Part shown: positions 52,301 through 62,301 of the stretch, one piece after another
How positions within the stretch are numbered: the first letter of the stretch is position 1
Layout: each line of letters begins with the position of its first letter
Source: an uncultured Planctomycetaceae bacterium
GTDB taxonomy: Bacteria > Planctomycetota > Planctomycetia > Planctomycetales > Planctomycetaceae
NCBI GenBank assembly: GCA_963815195.1
Contig: CAWFGE010000016.1
Location: 127,342 to 191,341 of the forward strand
Length of the DNA: 64,000 bases
Direction: 5' to 3'
The notes under the pieces: model-generated
What the model saw: the letters and a program-made list of their open reading frames with translations, nothing else
What the model was told of the DNA's origin: nothing
The model's database searches: none
Position numbers and translations under genes: made by a program

Positions 52301-52499
52301 CAAAGGGTTCCACCACTCGAACGGAACGAGGATCCTTTTTGAGGATGTCGTTGACCGTCTTCAAGTCGCCCTTTTCAATCGCAAGAATGAGTTCGTTCTC
52401 GAACTCCTCGCCAAAGTTCCGAAATTCCGCAGCCTTTGCTCCATGGATCAGAACGCAAAGAATTCCCAGCACGAGCATTCCCTGACGGATGCGTCTCAT
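49317..52499 (-). CDS. Secreted ankyrin-repeat protein
   Basis: AGGAG RBS, signal peptide; many G.TPLH.AA..G repeats in two blocks around a non-ankyrin insert. Confidence 0.92.
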   Translation of the reverse strand: MRRIRQGMLVLGILCVLIHGAKAAEFRNFGEEFENELILAIEKGDLKTVNDILKKDPRSVRVVEPFGVTPLHMAARSGRLEIIDLLVGRGAVVDYDQRGAEGTPLHDAVKFGKAEAARRLLQHGANIRCRARGGDSLLEVALAKGHVDVAKLLLEKGADPNGNPKQGHWPLLKAVGSWKGDKLALVRLLLDHGADATLLDKDGWSLLGRIPGYAPREVVPLLKQHGAPMDLLAAVHLGEGDELKKLFSAPAFNSDLWKAQSSMLLHAGIEAKHPRIVAFLLSTGAKVNEVIGRWDLKTALDVLGDRGARSYDSPDNAGMRLLLYEHGAVPAALLRPPLKTEPLAAGKSIEFAHFHHFPGSGIWAQERDLYWSIQNKDGHRYTEMEFDEKNFRVRVVDDPGGNSGVRISQFVEGKWQTQKLKSPDELKQKYKNLFDIYEKKNTRVGFNEAKPNAIAANEFRGRWMSTGGAGISNRDPEADWVFSLKTTTPDQLEVQLEEKANRARHADEFGVTPLHHAAAAGRLDLVKILVKEGADVNAHSDRFGSPLHYAVASGNADLVKWLLDHKADPSPTAAVPRLTPLHQAAAAAQETIVAHLLKAGAKLDASLIRPPGYEYATPLVLAAQAGQLKIVTRLWHHSPETATSGQKAGMALEKAVERNQQQVAEWLVRQGATSEKVPSIDKLNEKQRTDRLQVAQAVFQAIAPHAIDGACELGRLKDVKGYVEAVPGVVKSIQSRRGRPAPLHAAIIGEQPQIVDYLIEKGARFYFPDSYSGHESAWNMAAQRGGTECIKVMLKHLSGPDAILTRRGERPLHSAAQYGKTEILKLLLDQGANIEVGDELGNTALHAAAEFGQLGAVKFLLDRGAQIEAEGKYGNTALHNAVRHPAVVVELLKRGATINAKNSGELTPMDSAVRGGYTESIKKLTEAGAPVDLFAAVVLDDEERITNLLAKSPELVSARKFGGRTPLIHAAATGHPKAARILLKHSRDNINETVGIGKTALHYAAGLADEKTAKELVQLLLDHGAEVHKQDRLRRTAYDEAWGSEVREILQNHGGKRGRD

Positions 52500-52668
52500 G
52501 TCGTTCTCCTTTGTTTTGGTCTGGCGTTCGATGCCCTTGCGATGGGAAACCGGCGAACGGATTGTTCGCCTGATTTTTGGATTCGGTGTGGACACGAGTT
52601 CCGAAAGGATGAACCTCTTGTGACTTCGTCACCCAGGTTGCAAGCAACCTGCGCCACCCCGCGATTTC

Positions 52669-53025
52669 CTATAAAATCCCCAACGCCGTTTTCAGCACAT
52701 CATCAATCTGCTTCATCGTCGCATCCGAAAGCGAACCAAGCGTATCAAGGACGTCATCGTGCTCCATCGTGTAGAGTCGATCGAACCGCACGACGGACGG
52801 AAGCCGTAAGCCCGAACCACTCCAATCGGAGTGCGATTGGTCGATTTTATAATGCGTCGGCGGCAGCGGATCGCGGAGGCGGCTGGAAATCATCGCCACG
52901 ACCAAGTCCAGCATCTTGGCCGGATCGCAGACCACCAACGCGGGGCGGCGAACTCTCTGGCTTCCATCAAGGTACGGGACATCCACCCGAACCACGTCGC
53001 CGCGATTCAAGGATTGGCTGCTCAT
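52669..53025 (-). CDS. mazF: PemK/MazF-family toxin
   Basis: RGDVVRVDVPYLDG...RRPALVV, SGLRLPSVVR, LGSLS...MKQID..LK.ALG. Confidence 0.9.
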   Translation of the reverse strand: MSSQSLNRGDVVRVDVPYLDGSQRVRRPALVVCDPAKMLDLVVAMISSRLRDPLPPTHYKIDQSHSDWSGSGLRLPSVVRFDRLYTMEHDDVLDTLGSLSDATMKQIDDVLKTALGIL

Positions 53026-53237
53026 TGGTTGTAAACGTCCATCGCGGGATCGGACCAATCCTCATTCATGATCTTCCCGAGATGCTTCTTCATCACGCGG
53101 GGGTGAGCATCTTCGATCAAATCCCGAACGCTTTCATACACGTCTTTCTTGATGATGACGCACTCCGTCCCCTCCAAGGTGACTTCAACGGCCTCACCGC
53201 CTTCCACGGCCTCAAGTTGTTCTTTGGTGATATTCAT
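53022..53237 (-). CDS. Putative antitoxin
   Basis: 71 aa, acidic, ends EDWSDPAMDVYN; ATGA overlap with the toxin. Confidence 0.75.
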   Translation of the reverse strand: MNITKEQLEAVEGGEAVEVTLEGTECVIIKKDVYESVRDLIEDAHPRVMKKHLGKIMNEDWSDPAMDVYNQ

Positions 53238-53318
53238 ATTTCCTCGGCAGCCCATTTGGATAATCACTAGCATTTTCGGCGGAGCTTAGCGAATGTTCAA
53301 CCCCAAATTCCACCCAAC

Positions 53319-54974
53319 TTATTTGGTCTCCTGTTGCCCTTTCAACACTTCCCGTGCTTTCCACAAGGATTCCAGCACGAAATCCACGTACTGCTCGTCC
53401 GAGAAGGGGCTCATGATGTAGGACTTCAGGGCCACGATGGGGTCGCCTGCGTCGGTTTCCCGGTAGCAGTCGGTGAGCGAGATGACCACGCCTTTGCCTT
53501 CGAGGGCGTCGGCTTGGATCAGTTCGAAGATGCGGCGGTTGTAGTCGTTGTGGGCCAAAAGCTGCTCGCGGTAGGCGGGGTCTTTTTGTTCGCGTTCGGG
53601 GACAGTGAAGGTATCCACGCCTTCGGGATAGACCCGGAACAGCGTCACGGGGCCATAGTTCCCGCGGTTCATCACCGTGGTGGCGGCGTGGGCTTCCAGG
53701 TGCTCGCGGAGGACCTCGGCCATCGTCACCAGATGCCCTAAGAGGGACCGCATCCCATCCCGGCCGAACAGCTTTAGGTTGGCGAGAGCCGCCATCGGGC
53801 CGGAACCGCTGCGGGTCGTCTCCAGGCTGTACTTGCCGGGATGATAATGCCCCGACTGGAACAAGTAAGGCATGGCGGATTCATCGCGGGCGATTCGCTT
53901 CAGGTCGCTTGCATCCCGGCAGATGAAGGCGCTCGACACATAGGGGGCAAAGCCGGTCTTGTGGTAGTCGATGCCCAGCGAATCCGCGAGCGGCAGATGC
54001 TTGATCCGCCGGGCGGTGTGGGCCAAGGCTCTGACCGTGCGGTGCCGAAATCCGAGCCGGTTCGCTTCGTAGTCGTAATCGTTGAACACACTCAACGCCC
54101 AGCCGATGACGGCGTCGGCGTGGATGTGCGGCGTATACTCCAGCGAAAACTCGTGCTCCAGTTCATCGCGGATTTCGTGGATCGCTTCGAGGTCATCCAG
54201 GCCGAAGGCATCGGTCGTGCCCAGCGTGGCGACGATCGCGGCGATCTTCCGGCCGTCCTTGAGCACGCTTCGCATCATCGATTCCAACAGGCACGGGCGG
54301 ATTTCATTATCGGGCGTGGTGGGAACCTCGATCACATTGTCCTCGCCCAGCCCCAGCCAGTTGGCGACGGTCTTGGTGGCGTAGTGGGCTTGCTCGGAGC
54401 AGATCAGCACCGGCTTTTCGCTGAGGCCTTTCTTCTTCGTGTCGGGGCAGGCTTTTTCCAGGCCGATCTTGACGCCGTACAGCAAAGTCCCCGTGCCGCC
54501 GAACGTAAACAGCCCGCCGGCTTTCGAGGCATCGTAACCCAGCAGGTCGGCCGTGATGGCGACGGCTTCGACTTCCGCGAGGGCGACCTTGCGGGAGGAC
54601 TCATCGCTGCAGAGGTTGGGGTTATAAATCGAAGGCAAGAGGCCGCCGATGATGCTGGGAATCGTGGGCGACGGGACGACGTTGATCTGCGACCGCGGAT
54701 GCCCCCAGATGAACATGCCGGAGAGGTAATCGACGAGCTTCGCCGTGACTTCTTCGAGCGACTCTGGCTGGTCGGCGAGCTTTTGCCGGCGGGCGGCGGG
54801 GTAATCCAACTCCTGCGGCTGTCCCAAGATGGGGGCGCCCGACTTCATGTGGTCCACCTGATCGAGCGCCCGCAGAAACGAGAACACAAAGTAGGCATCG
54901 TGCACCCGGTCGGACACCGGCTGCGGAAACGCCTGCCGCAAGGATTCGACGATTTGATGGTAGGGAGCGCTCAT
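53319..54974 (-). CDS. Group II PLP-dependent decarboxylase
   Basis: FTFGGT, SEQAHY, GTTDAFGLD, HADAVIG, DSLGIDYHK. Confidence 0.9.
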   Translation of the reverse strand: MSAPYHQIVESLRQAFPQPVSDRVHDAYFVFSFLRALDQVDHMKSGAPILGQPQELDYPAARRQKLADQPESLEEVTAKLVDYLSGMFIWGHPRSQINVVPSPTIPSIIGGLLPSIYNPNLCSDESSRKVALAEVEAVAITADLLGYDASKAGGLFTFGGTGTLLYGVKIGLEKACPDTKKKGLSEKPVLICSEQAHYATKTVANWLGLGEDNVIEVPTTPDNEIRPCLLESMMRSVLKDGRKIAAIVATLGTTDAFGLDDLEAIHEIRDELEHEFSLEYTPHIHADAVIGWALSVFNDYDYEANRLGFRHRTVRALAHTARRIKHLPLADSLGIDYHKTGFAPYVSSAFICRDASDLKRIARDESAMPYLFQSGHYHPGKYSLETTRSGSGPMAALANLKLFGRDGMRSLLGHLVTMAEVLREHLEAHAATTVMNRGNYGPVTLFRVYPEGVDTFTVPEREQKDPAYREQLLAHNDYNRRIFELIQADALEGKGVVISLTDCYRETDAGDPIVALKSYIMSPFSDEQYVDFVLESLWKAREVLKGQQETK

Positions 54975-54999
54975 GGTGTTTGCTTTCAAAGTTCATCCA

Positions 55000-55169
55000 G
55001 GCGAGCGGACCAGCCTGCGGTCGGTGCCCGCGTGAGCCCCATGATCACTCGCCATAAATTTCGAGTCGACATTGCAAAGGAAATGTGGCAGTGGCTTTTT
55101 GGATTGAGACCGCAAACGATTTGGTGAAAATCATGGGGCTGACGCCCGGGCTGACGCCCCACGCTCGCC
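55000..55169. repeat. REP/MITE-like element, copy 2
   Basis: Arms match 27919-28030; the spacer differs. Confidence 0.85.
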
Positions 55170-55224
55170 TGTTGCCGTGGGATTTCGTAAAGTGTGGTGA
55201 GTGTAAGAAGCGAAATCCAGTCTG

Positions 55225-56321
55225 ATGCTTATGAGGTTCAGCGTGTTCTCGAAACGATCTTTTGCCGGTTTGGCGTGTTGCGGGCTCTTTTGTCTGTGTT
55301 TCGGTTCTTTGCGGGCTGAGGAGGAACCGGCGAAGTCCGAGGCGGCGGAGACGGAAGCCCAGCATCTGGGGAACATCCATCAGGTGACGTTCGGGTTGCC
55401 GCGGGCCGGCGAGGGGTATTTCTCGGCGGACGGCGAATCGATCGTCTATCAGGCGTATCCGGTGGGGTATCCCTTCTATCAAATCTACACGCAAAAACTC
55501 GGCGAGAAAACACCAAGGCGGATCAGCCCCGGCCGCGGGCGGACGACCTGTGCGTATTTCTCTCCCGACGGCAAGAAGATCCTCTTCGCCTCGGCCCACA
55601 CCAATCCGAACATGGAACGCAACGAACTCGAAGCCCGCAAGATCGCCGCGGAAGGCGGCCGGCGGCGGTATCAGTGGGACTTCGACACCTCGATGGACAT
55701 CTACACGGTGGACCGCGACGGCACGAACCTCACGCGGCTCACCGATGCCGAGGGCTATGACGCCGAGGGCAGCTATTCGTCCGACGGCAAGCAGATCGTG
55801 TTCACCTCGACCCGCGACGGCGACCCGGACCTGTACATCATGAATGCCGATGGCAGCGGCGTTCGGCAACTGACGAACCAGCCCGGCTACGACGGCGGGC
55901 CGTTCTTCTCGCCGGACAACGAGTGGGTGATCTTCCGCAGCGACCGCCAGAAAGAGCACATGCTGCAACTGTTCGCGATCTCGGCCGACGGCAAAACCGA
56001 GGTGCAACTGACCGACAACCTCGGCCAGGTGAACTGGTGCCCGTATTTTCATCCCAGTGGGAAGTACATCGTCTGGGCCGGAGCCGACTACACCGCGGCC
56101 CGCAGTTCGCCCACTTCCAACTCTACACGATGGAAATCGACTACGACAAAACCCATTTCAAAGGCGGCAAGGTGACGCAGATCACCTACAAAGACGCCGC
56201 CGACGTGCTGCCGGTGTTCAGCCCCGACGGCACGAAACTCATGTGGACCTCAACCCGGACCCCCGACGGCAGCAGCCAACTCTGGATCGCGGACTGGCTG
56301 CGGGGAGAAAAAGGGAAATGA
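55225..56321 (+). CDS. TolB-like PD40 beta-propeller protein (frameshift about 56092)
   Basis: Signal peptide; GEGYFSADG, CAYFSPDGKKI, GYDAEGSYSSDG, GYDGGPFFSPD, LPVFSPDG. Confidence 0.88.
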
Positions 56322-56358
56322 AAGTCGGCCTTCCCTCCGCGAAGGGCGACTTTTTTTT
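56321..56358 (+). terminator. Hairpin plus U-tract (also resembles the palindrome at about 33116-33145)
   Basis: AAAGTCGGCCTTC-CCTCCGC-GAAGGGCGACTTTTTTTT. Confidence 0.6.
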
Positions 56359-56533
56359 CCAACCTGCAAAATCGTCCCGCAGCCGGCAATTCTTTTTTGG
56401 TCGCGTTGGCCATTTTTTGCACAACCCGTTTTGGTCGGGTAGACTCATCTTGTCGGAATGCGTTTTGTCGGTTCTTGGATCGAGGAATATCCGCCGATTT
56501 GCGGGCGGGGTTTGAGAGGGAGTTTGGTTCATT

Positions 56534-57760
56534 ATGCGTAATTATTCGCTCAGGTCGTCATATCCGCTGGCGCAAAGTTCGCGGTCCCGCCGGCGGTTGA
56601 TGCTGCTCCACCATCTCAATTCGCAGCCCGAAGTCCCGGAACCGGAGGAGCCGGACGTTCCGATCCAGGCCTTTCCGCAGGGGTGGGATGAAGAAGAAGT
56701 CGACGAAAACGAGCGCACGCTGACGACCGACGAACTCCGCCGCCTGTCTCCTCAACAATTTCCGGACGTTTCTGGTCCGGAGGAAGAAGAGGACAACTTT
56801 GCGGAGCCGGCGTTTGCGGATGAGATGTTCGCCGGTGCGGCGTCCCGAAACGCGGCCCTCGAGACCGGCGAGTCGGAAAGCGTCTTGGATGAAGACGAAG
56901 CCGCCGAGGCGGAAGGGGCTGTGTGGGAGGAATCGATTTTGTCGTCTTCGCTGGGAGACGAGTCGATGATTCTTTCCGGGCAGGAGGAAGAGTCCCGCAT
57001 CCTCTCGATGGACGATTTAGAGCCACGGGTTAAGGAGGAGCTACCCGGTTCTTCAGATGATCTCGAAGACCGCAAGCCGCATTACCCGGCGTGGTATGTG
57101 CCGAACTTCAAGACCGTCAAGCGGGTGTTGGACGGCGACAAGCCCGTCACCTGGATGTTCGCGGGCGAAAGTGCCGCTTCCGCGGCGGACCAGGCCCAAG
57201 GCCGGCGGAATTTTACGGACCATTTCAGCGACCGCATCCGCACCGAGTTGGGGCGGATGCTGGATGTGGTCATCAACACCGGCGATGCGAATGAGAGCTG
57301 CGCGAACCTGCTCAAAAACCTGGAATGGCGGGTGCTCCGGTTTCATCCCGAAGTCGTGTGTTTGCTGTTGGGACGAAATGATGCGAGGCAAGGCCCCGCC
57401 GGCCGCGAGGCGTTCCAAACATCTTTGGAGCAGATCGCCCAGGCCATCCGCGAAGCCGGCTCTATTCTGGTGCTGCACACGCCGAACCGCATCGATCCCA
57501 GCCGGGCGAGCCACCTAGCGGATTTGCGAAGCTATGTTCGCATCATCCGGGATGTGGCCCAAAGCCATAATCTGCCGCTCATCGATCATTGGGAACACTG
57601 GAAGCAGCAAAAAACCGATCCCCAAGCCCTCCGCGCCTGGCTCTCCGCCGACGGCGTGCAACCGGGCGTCTACGGTCAGCGGGAAATGGCCAAATTGATC
57701 TTCCAGCAGTTCGAAATCTTCGACCCGGCCAGCCCCATCTGCAACGCCCGCGTCCCCTGA
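56534..57760 (+). CDS. SGNH/GDSL-like protein with long acidic N-terminal region
   Basis: WMFAGES, VINTG, LLGRND, LIDHW..W, DGVQPG (catalytic His apparently replaced by Gln). Confidence 0.8.
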   Translation: MRNYSLRSSYPLAQSSRSRRRLMLLHHLNSQPEVPEPEEPDVPIQAFPQGWDEEEVDENERTLTTDELRRLSPQQFPDVSGPEEEEDNFAEPAFADEMFAGAASRNAALETGESESVLDEDEAAEAEGAVWEESILSSSLGDESMILSGQEEESRILSMDDLEPRVKEELPGSSDDLEDRKPHYPAWYVPNFKTVKRVLDGDKPVTWMFAGESAASAADQAQGRRNFTDHFSDRIRTELGRMLDVVINTGDANESCANLLKNLEWRVLRFHPEVVCLLLGRNDARQGPAGREAFQTSLEQIAQAIREAGSILVLHTPNRIDPSRASHLADLRSYVRIIRDVAQSHNLPLIDHWEHWKQQKTDPQALRAWLSADGVQPGVYGQREMAKLIFQQFEIFDPASPICNARVP

Positions 57761-58473
57761 GTGTGTCATTTTGACGGCACTCTGCCTTGGCGAGCCAAGA
57801 GTCGAGGTTTGAGGAACGGGAACAGCCGGCGGTTGCTGCCCCTCCTCCATTCTCATACCGGCTCTGCTGTTTTTTTCGCTTTATTTTGCGTCACCCGCAT
57901 GTTCGATTTTGCCCGACCGCGGCCGGCCTGTGGTCAAAATGTGACAATTTTTGTGATCTTTTTTGAAATCGGCGGCGTTTTCCCAGTGGCTCATCGTTCT
58001 GATTGTTGAGCGAGCACCACGAAGCGAAATCAGGCGACGCATCAAGCTCCGCTTCTGCAAAAAATGGCAGAGTTCTATCCAAAAGTTCATAATTTTCAAA
58101 TATTTCGTTGGGTTGTGTCGTATGAAATAACGCGTTGGCCATTCCCAAGTGGGGAATCGCCCTAACTAAAATCCCCGGCACCGGATAGGACAGAACATCA
58201 ATGGAGAATTCTAAATAATTTGGAAAAAATAGTTCGCATGCGAACTTTTTTCCTCTCCGAGCGTCAGTATTCTGCGTATTAACAGATAGAGAATGGCAAG
58301 ATGGCGGAAGCAGGGTGCAATTTGTTCATTTTCACTCAGGGCCAAGCTGCGGGAGGAAGTCTCAGATTTTTGACGCCAAAGCCAAGCAATCGTTGCGACC
58401 GGCGAATGGCATTGTAATTGCTCCCATATTTCTCACCGACCGAGAATGCGGAGTCAGGGAGTAGGAGGTTGTT

Positions 58474-60134
58474 ATGTCACGTTATGCTCATCCATCGATG
58501 AAGAAACTCACGGATCGGCAGCTGCGGTACGCGCCGCGGGATGTGCGATTGCGGCAAATTGAGAAGGCGGAAAACCTCCTCGACGAGCTCGCCGCCGAAG
58601 AACAATACCACTACCGGGACATCTGTGAGCGCATCACCTCGTTCCGGCCGGATATGGAATCGGACGTGCTGCTCTCGGGCGAAGATGTGGTGCACGATCT
58701 CCGCTGCTTCGTGGAAGATCTGTCCGACAGTGCGGACATTCCCATCGAAGCCGTTGCAGAACCGGTGTATACCGTCAAAGACCTCAGCGAGCGGTATAAC
58801 GTCTCCACCAAAACCGTGGACCGTTGGCGGGACCGGGGGCTGGTGAGCCGGCGGTTCAAAATCGGCAACCGTAAGCGGGTGGGCTTTTTGAAATCCTCGG
58901 TGGACCGGTTTGTCGAGCAGCATTCCGACGAAATCCACCGGGGCAGCAAGTTCAGCCAGCTCTCGGGCGACGAACGCGAAGCCATCATCCGCCGCGCTCG
59001 CCGGATGGCTCGCTATGGAGGATGCCCGGCGGAAATCAGCCGGCGTTTGGCAAGAAAATTGGGTCGCTCTGTGGAGGCCGTTCGTTACACGTTGAAAAAC
59101 TACGACCAGGAACATCCGGAAACGGCAGTCTTCCCGCTGGCTTCCATCCCCATGACGGACGAACTTCGCAGTGAAATCTTTCGCAGTTTCCGCCGCGGCG
59201 TGCCGGCCGACGTGCTCGCCAACCGCTACTGCCGGACCAAATCGAGCGTGTACCGGATCGTTTCGGAAGTCCGGGCCGAGCGGCTCTTGGAACAGCCCAT
59301 CGACTACATGGACAGCGAAGAGTTCCATACGCCCGAAGCCGAAGAACGAATTCTGACGACCCCGCCGGAAGGCAAACCGGTCTCGACCACGCGGGTCCCG
59401 CCCGGGCTGCCGCCCTATCTGGCGAGCCTGTATTCGATTCCGCTTCTCACCAAGGAAGAGGAAGTTTACTACTTCCGCAAGATGAACTACCTCAAGTTCA
59501 AAGCCAGCGAGTTGCGGGAAACGATCGACCCCACGCGGCCGAAGACCCGCGACATGAACCAGATCGAAGAATACCTCGACAAGGCCGTCGAAATCAAAAA
59601 CTTCCTGATCCGCTCGAACCTGCGGCTCGTGGTTTCGATCGCCAAGCGGCACATCAAGCCCACGGGCAACTTCTTCGAAATGGTCTCGGACGGGAACATG
59701 TCCCTGATCCGGGCCATCGAAAAGTTCGACTACTCCAAGGGCAACAAGTTCTCGACCTATGCGTCGTGGGCGATCATGAAGAACTTCGCCCGCTCGATCC
59801 CGGCGGAACACACCCGGCTCGACCGGTTCCGCACGGGTAAGGACGAGGTCTTCATGCAGTCCACCGACGACCGGGGCAACCCGTTCCAGGAAGAACTCGA
59901 CAACAAAAAACAGCACCAGGCCCTGATGGGCATCCTGGACCAACTGGACGACCGCGAAAAGAACATCATCATCTATCGCTACGGCCTCGTCAAAGGCACC
60001 GAACCTCAGACCTTGGAACAGGTCGGCACCCGGTTCGGCGTCACCAAGGAACGCATCCGGCAACTGGAAGCCCGCCCCTGAAAAAGGCCCACAAAATCGC
60101 CCAAGAAGCCGGCCTCGACATCCCCGGCGTTTAA
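58474..60134 (+). CDS. Sigma-70 family factor with N-terminal MerR-like and additional HTH domains (frameshift about 60077)
   Basis: [77 protein letters not shown]; corrected end [18 protein letters not shown]. Confidence 0.92.
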
Positions 60135-60166
60135 GCGGCTAATCGGATTGGGCCACCGTTCATCAT

Positions 60167-60202
60167 AAATCCCCCGGCGACAAAACTCGCCGGGGGTTTT
60201 TT
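60167..60202 (+). terminator. Rho-independent terminator
   Basis: CCCCCGGCGA-CAAAAC-TCGCCGGGGG-TTTTTT. Confidence 0.9.
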
Positions 60203-60360
60203 CGTGGCCCTTAAGAGTTGGAGTTTAGAGTGTCGAGCTGCAGATTGGAGACGAAAGCGACGTCCAAAAGCCGCCTGAATTTGTGTTGACTGTTCAATGA
60301 GAATTGATATGTTTGTTTATAAGGAGTCTTGTTGGGTTTTTCCACAACCGAGACGCTGAC

Positions 60361-62264
60361 ATGCGATTGAGCCTTGTCATCGCGGCCCATAATGAGGGTT
60401 CGTCCCTGTGGAAAACGGTGCAATCCTGCGTGGAAACCTGTGCGGGGGTTTGGATTACGAAATCGTGATCGCGGACGATGCCTCCTGGGACGGCTGCATT
60501 GACGAGGTCCAAAAGCGGTTTCCATACGTTCGCGTTGTCGGGCGTGAAGAGCGGCTCGGGCCATCGCCGACGAAAGACCTGGGAGCCAGACAAGCCCGGG
60601 GCGATGTGCTGGTGTTTCTCGACGGGCACACGAAACCCGAACCCGGCGCGATTCGCCGGTTGGTGGAAAGCGTCGAATGGCAGCGTGGCAACGCCGTCAT
60701 CACGCCGGCGGTCGCGGGTCTCGACGTGGGCCGCTGGAAATCGGTGTCCGGGCAGATCGGCCACGGGTATTTCCTCGAACTGGAGCGCTTCGATTGCGGC
60801 TGGTTGCCGCTTTCGGCTCTGAAGAAAGTCTCGCATCGCGGCCGGGTGTTTTACGAATCGCCGGCGGCGATCGGTTGCGCCTTCGCGGTGCATCGCGAAC
60901 TCTACGACGACCTGCGCGGCTTCGATCCGCACATGCGGAGTTGGGGCGTGGAAGACCTCGACTTTAGCTTGAAGTGCTGGCTGCTCGGTCATCCCATTTT
61001 GCACGATCCCGAAGCCGTCGTTGCCCACCGCTTCCGCAAAGGGTTCGACAATTTCCACGTGCCGATCCAGGATTTGATCACAAACCAATTGCGGATGGCG
61101 TATAAAAACTTCACGCCTTCAATATGGCGCGAGTGGGTCGAGCGCTGCCGGCGTCGCTATCCGAACCGCCTCCCCGAGCACCCGGAAGGCCTCTGGGCTT
61201 ACACCTGGGAACTTTTCCAAAAGCGGCGCGAGAGCGCCAAAGAGGAGCGCCGTTACCTGTTATCCCGGCGAGAGCGGGACGAGTTCTGGTACGCCGAGCG
61301 GTTTGGGCTAGGTTGGCCCGCTTTGCGGCGTATGGACCCCGAGCAGACGGAGATCTTCCCGCGCGCTTTCGAGACGACGTTGGCCGCGAAGCCGAGTCCA
61401 ATCTGCAAGACCGTGTCTATCTCCTTTTCTGTCAAGACGGTCAAGACGGGACTGACCAAGCCCCTCCCCCGGACGATGAAGAAGAAATGCAATATTAAAG
61501 ACTTTACGATCTCGACACAGGTCGTGGCCACGGTGAAACCGGCCTCCGCGGTGGGGGACGTGGCGATTTTCAGGACCGGCAAGAGCCGCTTCAAGATAAT
61601 CAGCAAGGTTGTGGACGCCAAGAAGGGAACCATCACGATCAAGCTCACAGGAACATCGATGACGCCTATAAATAAACCGGCCGGCGACAGTTGGCTCGTG
61701 GCGAAAATCGGCGGGCAAATCTGCAAGAAAGTTCCCGTCGTCGTGCTGCAACCGTACAGGCTCAAGCGGGTCAGCACAAAGACAACAAAGGTCGACGGCA
61801 AAAACGAGGATGCAACGAATTGCTCAAGTCCCGCCTGGGTTGGGAGTGTTCTTCCAGACGGTACGGTTTATCTTTGGACGGTGTACCTGGTTACGCAATC
61901 CATTCCAGTTCTCGATCAATTCGGCAATCTGCTCGACAAGATGTATAATGGCGCGCCGGTGTTTGAGTTCAGCACGGGCGACAATAAATGGCACCCCATC
62001 AACGTGACGGTGAACGGTGGCAAATATTCCGACCCAGTGTTCCATTGGATTCCACGCCCCGGGGGGCAGCAGTTTCCGAAGGACTCTGCCCAAGCAAAGG
62101 CCTGGCCCACGGACCCAGTACAGCCATCGGGCACCGGGGTCGAAGTTCACAATATCAGAGTGATGGTTGCCGGAGTGAAACTGAATACCGGCGTGGTAAA
62201 GCGCAACGTGGTCCGCCAGCAGCTTACTGCAACGCAGGCTAACATCACGATCAATTGGAAGTGA
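60361..62264 (+). CDS. GT-A glycosyltransferase (GT2/GalNAc-T-like) fused to an unknown beta-rich C-terminal domain (frameshift in the G-run about 60447)
   Basis: Corrected N-terminus MRLSLVIAAHNEGSSLWKTVQSCVETCAG/LDYEIVIADDAS; ARGDVLVFLDGH; GFDPHMRSWGVEDLDFSLKCWLLG. Confidence 0.85.
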
Positions 62265-62301
62265 GGCGACACCGGCGACACCCCATTAAAAGGAGACATC
62301 C

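Noticed and set aside
53319..54974. Siderophore or secondary-metabolite cluster around the PLP decarboxylase
   Set aside because: No synthetase, monooxygenase or acyltransferase neighbours
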